A DNA stretch of 12,536 bases from Octopus sinensis (Eukaryota). A model generated the notes under the pieces. It worked only from the letters and a program-made list of their open reading frames with translations. It was not told where the DNA came from and made no database searches. Position 1 is the stretch's first letter. The number at the start of each line of letters is the position of its first letter. Shown here one piece after another: positions 1-5,967 of the stretch. The translations under genes and the position numbers were made by a program. The stretch is from the NCBI RefSeq assembly GCF_006345805.1, contig NW_021826571.1, positions 1 through 12,536 of the forward strand. The letters run 5' to 3'.

Positions 1-1017
1 TATGCATTTGGAAAGATGCATCATTGCTCAGGTCAATGCCCAGGTCACGCACTGATTTTGACTCAGGGATTGCAATTCTTCCTGGGCCAGTGTATCCAGT
101 CTTCACGTCATTTACCTTTGTGTGCCAGTAGCGCAGGGCCTGGAACTTACCTGCATTAAACTGCATGTTGTTGTCCTCAGCCCACCTGTATATTGTGTCC
201 AGCTCATGTTGCAGATGCGCAATATTTTCAGGTTTTGTATTGCGTGGGAGACTTTGTGTCATCTGCATAGCTAGCAAGGGTGGTCATCGTAGCAACTGAA
301 GGCATGTCTGAAAGGGCACACTAAGAACATCAGTGGCCCCAAGACATGCCTGTGGGACACCGCTTGTTATTTGCGTTTCCTTGGAGGTGGCTCCATTGCT
401 CACAACTGCCTGTTTTCTGTCTTTTAGGAAGTTGTGCAGCCACTCTCCAAGTTTTCCGCCTATGCCGAGACCACGCAGTTTGTGACAGATCATACCATGG
501 TCGACTTTATCAAAGGCTTTGCAAAGTCGAGATATATTACATCCACATTTGAGCCATTTAGTAGCTGTTTCAACACCCAGTCATAGTGTTGCAGGAGCTG
601 TGTTAGGCAGCCTCTACCTGGTTGAAATCCATGCGGGTGGTGTGTCAGACAGCAAGTCATTTTCTTCAAGGAACATGATTAGTTTCTTACGGACTATTCG
701 TTCATGACTTTGCTGATGTGTGAGGTCAGAGAGATAGGCCTATAATTTTTAGCATCTGCTCTGCTACCTCCCTTATGGATAGGGCATATTACCCCCTCTT
801 TCAATTTGACTGGGAGCTTACCACATGCAAGAAAGTTCTGAAAAAGAAGCTGTAGCGGTTTTGCAAGGGCTCGTTTGCACGATTTGAGAAGGATCGCTGG
901 GAATCCATCAGGTCCAGCAGCTTGTTTGTCAATCTCATCTATGGCTAGTGTGATATCATCATCTTCGATGTTGATGTACTCAATTTTGTGTCTCTTTGGC
1001 CGCAGGTAAAGTGGCAA
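1..1017 (-). pseudogene. Reverse transcriptase domain of LINE ORF2, multiple frameshifts
   Basis: ORF 694..1017 ends YRPISLTSHISKVM. Manual translation continues ERIVRKKLIMFLEENDLL, CLTQLLQHYDWVL, VDVIYLDFAK (about 505-545). ORF 284..493 carries KLRGLGIGGKLGEWLHNFLKDRKQ..SGVPQ. YADD at 258-269, followed by thumb-region motifs. Confidence 0.93.
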
Positions 1018-1649
1018 AGAATGGTCAAAGAATTCTTCTGGGTTGTTACTTGCCTGTGTCCTAGAGGTGTAGTGAACACACTTGGAACTGTTCGTTCAGT
1101 ATTTCACTTATCCTCGTGGGATTCCTGTGAGAGAGCCATCTTTTTGGAAGAGAGGTCCTATTCTCTGGTGCACTGTGGCTGTCTCTTGGCAAACTTAAAG
1201 AAAGCTTTAGGGTTTGATTTTATATTTTCTATTACCCAAGCTTCTTTATCTGCTCTCTCCTTTTCATGGGACTGATGTAGACTTTCTCAGTTTCCATTAG
1301 CATTCTTTCGAGCCGAGACTTCTCACCACTTTTGGTGTGCTTGCTCAGGCGGTTTGCAATCCTTGTCCGTCGTCTCATAAGAATCCTCCTTTCTCTAGGG
1401 ATCCTGTTTTTGTTCTTGTGTGTGCTGGCCCTGCACACTGGGACATATTTGTCACATATGGCTTGTATTATGGACATGAAGTGTTTGTGTTTCATGTTTA
1501 TGTCCGGTGTGGAGAGACATTCAGGCCAATCCTGTTTGAGGATCTCTTTCTCATCAACTTCCAGTTGGCTTTATGAAAGTTTAAGTTGGAGAGATGGTGG
1601 GTGCTTCGTATAGGCTGTGTGTCTACGGGGGCTTTTGTTCCATACATAG

Positions 1650-2330
1650 AAAGCTCTATTATGTTGTGATCCGAGATCATTGTCGGCATCACATTAACAT
1701 TATGGATAATATCCATATTGTTTGTGAAGCAGAGATCCAGTATATTATCTGCCCTTGTTGGTTGCAGAACTATTTGCTCCATGAAAGAGGCCATTTGAGA
1801 TGGAGCAGGGACTCCACCTGTGCTGGATGATGGTGTGTCATCCCTGGGAGCATCTGCCCCCCAGGCCATTCCACATTGGGGAGGTTAAAGTCACCCATGA
1901 AGAATACACTGTTGTGCTGTTCAAGGTTGGTGAGGACTTCTCCTATTTTTGTTAGGCAGTCTTCAAACATGCCTGAGGGTTTTGCGGCATCTGGTGGGCG
2001 ATATGTAGTGCATATGACAATATTCAGTTGTCTTATGTGTACAATTTGAGTTTCACATACTGAGTTTGAATATGACAGCAGGACCTGGGGCGTGAGGTCA
2101 TCTCGGATGTACATTGCAACTCCACCATGGCTCCTCCCTTTTCTATCTGTGCGTATGACTGCATATTGCGGCATGTGTATTTCTGCATCACCTATATCGG
2201 GTTCAAGATGCGTTTCTGTGAGTGCCATGCATATAGCTTGATTGCATGTCACAAGGTCTCTCGGAATGAAATTTTCTTTTTAACAGTTTCCGCGCAGCAG
2301 CCCTCCTACATTCAGTAGAAATATTTTTGT
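1650..2330 (-). pseudogene. AP-endonuclease (APE) domain of LINE ORF2, disrupted
   Basis: LNVGGL, LTETHL, RTDR..HGGVAMYI, TYRPP, GDFNLP (1884-1895), PTRADNILDLCFTN and SDH (1666-1674), in the canonical APE order across ORFs 1770..2252 and 1498..1869. Confidence 0.92.
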
Positions 2331-2382
2331 GGGTGTTGTGTTGGTGTTGGTTGTCTCTGGGTGGCCATCCTGCATCTGTATA

Positions 2383-2945
2383 TCATCATCGTCATCATCA
2401 TCGTTTAGCGTCCGCTTTCCATGCTAGCATGGGTTGGACGGGTCAACGGGGTTGTGAAGCTGGAAGGCTTCGTAAGGCCCAGTCAGATCTGGCGTGTTTC
2501 TACGGTGGATGCCCTTCCTAACGCCAACCACTCCGCGAGTGTAGTGGGTGCTTTTACGTGTCACCGGCACGGGGCCAGGCGATGCTGGCAACGGACACGA
2601 ACGGATGGTGCTTTTACGTGCCACCGACACGGGGCCAGACAGAGCTGGCAACCGGCCACGAACGGACGGTGCTTTTACGTGCCACCGACACGGGGCCAGA
2701 CAGAGCTGGCAACCGGCCACGAACGGACGGTGCTTTTACGTGTCACCAGCACGGGGGCCAGCCGAGGCTGGCAATGGACGCGAACGGATGGTGCTTTTAC
2801 GTGCCACCGACACGGGGCCAGACAGAGCTGGCAACCGGCCACGAACGGACGGTGCTTTTACGTGTCACCGGCACGGGGGCCAGCCGAGGCTGGCAACGGA
2901 CGCGAACGGATGGTGCTTTTACGTGCCACCGACACGGTTGCCAGA
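2383..2945 (-). mobile_element. SINE-like element family B copy 1 ((GAT)n tail, RTE-like 3' end), 5'-truncated inside its internal tandem unit
   Basis: (CAT)n tail at 2383-2402, palindrome CCATGCTAGCATGG at 2419-2432, then GATGCCCTTCCTAACGCCAACCACTCC. The same layout recurs at 5968-6125. No Pol III head is visible, so the SINE call rests on dispersal, tail and lack of coding capacity. Confidence 0.75.
2544..2945. repeat. Minisatellite, about 6.5 copies of a 60-61 bp unit, with two unit types
   Basis: GGTGCTTTTACGTG anchors at 2547, 2607, 2668, 2729, 2790, 2851 and 2912. Confidence 0.95.
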
Positions 2946-2977
2946 CATATATACATATATACATAATATATGTGAGT

Positions 2978-3160
2978 ATTCTTTTCCGTGTTTCAGTCAT
3001 TTGTTTGTAGCCATGCTGGAGCACCGACTTAAAGGGTGTTTGTACTTATTCTATCTATCTCTTTCACTGAACCGCTAGGTTACATGGCTATAAAAACAGC
3101 AACACCAGTTGTCAAGCATGATGTGGCGGGGGGGGGGATCAAACACAGACACAAAGTCAG
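2978..3160 (-). mobile_element. Diverged, internally deleted 3' half of SINE family A
   Basis: TGTTTCAGTCATTTG..GCCATGCTGGAGCACCG, GTACTTATTCTATC, GAACCGCTA, GTTGTCAAGC and CAAACACAGACAC are colinear with the 4413-4640 copy but more mutated. It ends in a (TA)n tract. Confidence 0.8.
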
Positions 3161-3192
3161 ATGCATAAATATATATATATGTATATATATCT

Positions 3193-3600
3193 AGGAGTGG
3201 CTGTGTGGTAAGTAGCTTGCTAACCAACCACATGGTTCCGGGTTCAGTCCCACTGCATGGCATCTTGGGCAAGTGTCTTCTACTGTAGCCTCGGGCCGAC
3301 CAAAGCCTTGTGAGTGGATTTGGTAGACGGAAACTGAAAGAAGCCTGTTGTATATATGTATGTATATATGTATGTGTGTGTGTATGTTTGTGTGTCTGTG
3401 TTTGTCCCCTTAGCATTGCTTGACAACCGATGCTGGTGTGTTTACGTCCCCGTCACTTAGCGGTTCAGCAAAAGAGACCGATAGAATAAGTACTGGACTT
3501 ACAAAGAATAAGTCCTGCGGGAGTCGATTTGCTCGACTAAAGGCGGTGCTCCAGCATGGCCGCAGTCAAATGACTGAAACAAGTAAAAGAGTAAAAGAGT
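3193..3600 (+). mobile_element. Full-length tRNA-derived SINE family A (Pol III head, CORE-like segment, internal microsatellite, 3' module, (AAAAGAGT)n tail)
   Basis: A-box TGGCTGTGTGG at 3198-3208, B-box GGTTCAGTCCC at 3241-3251, CORE-like CTTGGGCAAGTG, (TA/TG)n at about 3350-3400, then the 3' module ending GAAACAAGTAAAAGAGTAAAAGAGT. Homologous segments occur at six other places in the window. Confidence 0.9.
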
Positions 3601-3636
3601 ATAAGGTCTTCCCAAAAATAATGCGTTTTTTTTTTC
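3600..3636. repeat. Probable mariner terminal inverted repeat with flanking TA (3' end of element); partner TIR not found
   Basis: TA|TAAGGTCTTCCCAAAAATAATGCGTTTTT lies about 30-60 bp past the transposase C-terminus, the position expected for a mariner right TIR. Confidence 0.65.
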
Positions 3637-3824
3637 ATACGTCTTTTATTCTTCAAAATTCTTTCATCATCTGAAATATACTCTCCTTCATTTTCTACAA
3701 TGCTCTTCCATCTATCTGGTAGACTTTCAGGGCCCCTCTTCCAAAATTCACTTGTCCGTGACGAAAAATACTCCTACACTTCTGTTCTGACTTTGTCGAC
3801 AGAATTCATATTTTTTTACATCCT

Positions 3825-4252
3825 GGAAAATGATAGAGCAAAAGGTGCCAAACTTTGGTATCAAAACCTACCACTCACTGCGCCACGGAAGACGCTGCCA
3901 GCTACCACCAATCAACAAAAAGGCTGGCCAGGCAGCAAAAACCCTGCGAGAGTCAAGTCTGTTGGTTCGAGGAGCACAACTATTCAACTCCATTCCGGTA
4001 CATGTCAGAAATCTATCAGGATGCAGTGTGGAATCATTCAAATGGCAGCTGGATAGATACTTAAGCACCATTAGAGATGAACCCCATCTCCCATGATATA
4101 CACAACGAGCACAAACTGACTCAAACTCGCTCCTACACATGTCAAAATTAAACAGAGAATACAACCTGGCAACCACACCAGACTCTGAGGGTGGAGTCTT
4201 CGACTTGGCCTGAGCATGGACTCAAACTCAAATGAAATGAAATGAAATGAAA
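3825..4252 (+). mobile_element. 5'-truncated LINE 3' end (CR1/L2-group ORF2 C-terminus, short 3'UTR, (TGAAA)n tail) inserted in the mariner
   Basis: ORF 3830..4096: KMIEQKVPNFG..RHGRRC..PP..TLRESSLLVRGAQLFNSIP..VRNLSGCSVESFKWQLDRYL..DEP, resembling CR1-group ORF2 C-termini. It ends in CAAATGAAATGAAATGAAATGAAA (about 4229-4252). Mariner sequence flanks both sides. Confidence 0.82.
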
Positions 4253-4412
4253 GGATTTTAAGGCCAGTGGAATAAATTGATTATCAGATGAGGCAAGGTT
4301 CAGCGAAAGGGTTTGTGCGGTATTGTTTCCTATTGAAACAGCTCCAGCCTTTGGAACGTCTTTCTCGCTGTATGGGACCAAGCATTATCCTGATGGAAGA
4401 ACACCCTCTTTT

Positions 4413-4644
4413 CTCTCTCTTTTACTCTTTTACTTGTTTCAGTCATTTAACTGCGGCCATGCTGGAGCACCGCCTTTTAATCAAGCAACTCGACCCCCCC
4501 GGGACTTATTCTTCTTGTAAGCCCAGTACTTATTCTATCGGTCACTTTTTGCCGAACCGCTAAGTGACGGGGACATAAACACACCAGCATCGGTTGTCAA
4601 GCAATGCTAGGGGGACAAACACAGACACACAAACACACACACGC

Positions 4645-4686
<42 letters not shown>

Positions 4687-5020
4687 ACGATGGGCTTCTT
4701 TCAGTTTCCGTCTACCAAATCCACTCACAAGGCTTTGGTCGGCCCGAGGCTATAGTAGAAAACACTTGCCCAAGGTGCCACGCAGTGGGACTGAACCCAG
4801 AACCATGTGGTTGGTAAACAAGCTACTTACCACACAGCCACTCCTATGTGTATATATGACAGGCTTCTTTCAGTTTCCGTCTACCACATCTACTCACAAG
4901 GCTTTGGTCGGCCCGAGGCTATAGTAGAAGACATTTGCCCAAGGTGCCATGCAATGGGACTGAACCTGGAACCATGTGGTTGGTAAACAAGCTACTTACC
5001 ACACAGCCACTCCTGCGCCT
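4413..5020 (-). mobile_element. SINE family A with a tandemly duplicated 169-bp head/CORE module, inserted in the mariner
   Basis: Tail and 3' module at 4413-4640, (TA)n at 4645-4680. B-box reverse complements at 4787 and 4956, A-box reverse complements at 4830 and 4999 (period 169). The outer head extends to AGGCGCAGGAG at 5020. Confidence 0.9.
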
Positions 5021-5246
5021 TTCATCTTGCAACCAAAAACGGCCCTTTTTCTTCTAGTGCTGACTTGAATAATTGGTTGAATGACCAAATCCAAGTTCCT
5101 CTGCTAATTCCTCAACAGTTACAATGGGATTTTGTTCCACCAGGGTTTGCGGGACACCTTCGTCAAGCATTACAATTCTTACAGGACAAGGGTCATCTTT
5201 TAGGCTGTGGTTTCCGGCTTGGAATTTCTGGAGCCACCTTTGACAT

Positions 5247-5439
5247 TAGCATTGCTTGACAACCGATGCTGGTGCATTTACGCCCCCGTCACTTAGCGGT
5301 TCGGCAAAAGAGACCGATAGAATAAATACTGGGCTTACAAAGAATAAGTCCCGGGGTCGATTTGCTCGACTAAAAGGCGGTGCTCCAGCATGGCCGCAGT
5401 CAAATGACTGAAACAAGTAAAAGAGTAAAGAGTAAAGAG

Positions 5440-5440
<1 letters not shown>
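5247..5440 (+). mobile_element. 5'-truncated SINE family A (3' module and tail)
   Basis: TAGCATTGCTTGACAACCGATGCTGG...GAAACAAGTAAAAGAGTAAAGAGTAAAGAGT is nearly identical to 3411-3600. It is followed by (TA)(TG)n to about 5470. Confidence 0.9.
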
Positions 5441-5470
<30 letters not shown>

Positions 5471-5477
5471 ACATATG

Positions 5478-5510
5478 TACAGGGTGTCCCAAAAGTCGTG
5501 CACCACCCTG
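5478..5510 (+). mobile_element. Possible Tc1-like transposon terminus
   Basis: TA|CAGGGTGTCCCAAAAGTCGTGCACCA after a TG/TA tract resembles Tc1-family ends. Only a 10-bp inverted match (TGGTGCACGA, 5902-5911) is seen downstream. Confidence 0.35.
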
Positions 5511-5569
5511 GCTTTTTAAAAGAATACACCCTTATTGATATCAAAAACACCTTATTGAAATTAATCGTA

Positions 5570-5838
5570 ACAAATGCTCAAATTGACCACCCTCTACAAC
5601 AACAACACTGTCAGAAAACAACACAGCTCCCATGACTTTCGGAAACATTTCTTCACGCTCAGAGCTGCTGAAGCGTGGAATAAACTGCCTGCGTCAGTTG
5701 TTGACTGCCATGACACTGCATCCTTTAAGGCCTCATGCTTTCCGAAATCCACCGAAACTACACCTGATTATATATACACTCTAGATGAGTTGTAGTGCAC
5801 CTGAGCACTGTACACAATGTTTATTATTATTATTATAA
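5570..5838 (+). mobile_element. CR1-type LINE 3' end with (ATT)n tail
   Basis: ORF 5574..5795: HSSHDFRKHFFTLRAAEAWNKLPASVVDCHDTASFKA matches the CR1 ORF2 C-terminal pattern R..FF..R....WN.LP..VV......FK. A short 3'UTR ends TTTATTATTATTATTATA. Confidence 0.82.
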
Positions 5839-5967
5839 TAAAACATGCAGAAAAAATATAATAAAATAAAATGCTTTAATTATTTTTAATGAAAACCAGA
5901 ATGGTGCACGATTCAATATGGCCCAGTGCATTAATTTGCCAACGAATGTAGGGGCCCAATTCTGATA

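Larger units (their letters stand above)
1..2375 (-). mobile_element. Non-LTR retrotransposon (CR1/L2-group LINE) ORF2, frameshifted; runs off the window at position 1; no ORF1/5'UTR seen
   Basis: Colinear minus-strand pieces: ATG at 2375-2373 (MQDGHPETTNTNTTPTKIFLLNVGGL), APE motifs, basic linker (KYVPVCR...IPRERRILMRRR; IKSNPKAFFKFAKR), then RT motifs KAAGPDGFP, PIHKGGSR..NYRPISLTSHISKV, YLDFAK/FDKVDHG, SGVPQ, YADD (258-269), LQHELDTIYRWAEDNNMQFNAGKF, VRDLGI. Clade assignment is from motif familiarity only. Confidence 0.93.
3600..5245 (-). mobile_element. Fragmented mariner (Tc1/mariner) DNA transposon remnant in three pieces: 3600-3825, 4253-4412, 5021-5245
   Basis: Manual minus-strand translation. 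5075-5245: CQRWLQKFQAGNHSLKDDP...LVEQNPIVTVEELAEELGFGHST (HTH region). 5044-5065: SALEEKR. 4260-4410: RVFFHQDNAWSHTA (HQDNA at 4381-4395)...ETIPHKPF/SLNLASSDN (degenerate WEVLPHPPYSPDLAPSD). 3669-3820: NMNSVDKVR...EYFSSRTSEFWKRGPESLPDRWKSIVENEGEYI (mariner C-terminus). TA plus TIR-like end at 3600-3636. Confidence 0.88.

Noticed and set aside
3193-3260. tRNA genes (also 4787-4845, 4956-5020, 8049-8110)
   Set aside because: A and B boxes are present, but each continues into the shared SINE body and I could not form a convincing cloverleaf. They are SINE heads.
1-4252. LINE pieces 1-2375 and 3825-4252 as one rearranged element
   Set aside because: They are on opposite strands, and the plus-strand piece has its own tail and sits cleanly inside the mariner. 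Same-family status cannot be tested because the first element's 3' end is outside the window.
3600-5245. Domesticated SETMAR-like or active transposase gene
   Set aside because: It has stops, frameshifts, a large internal deletion and two nested insertions.
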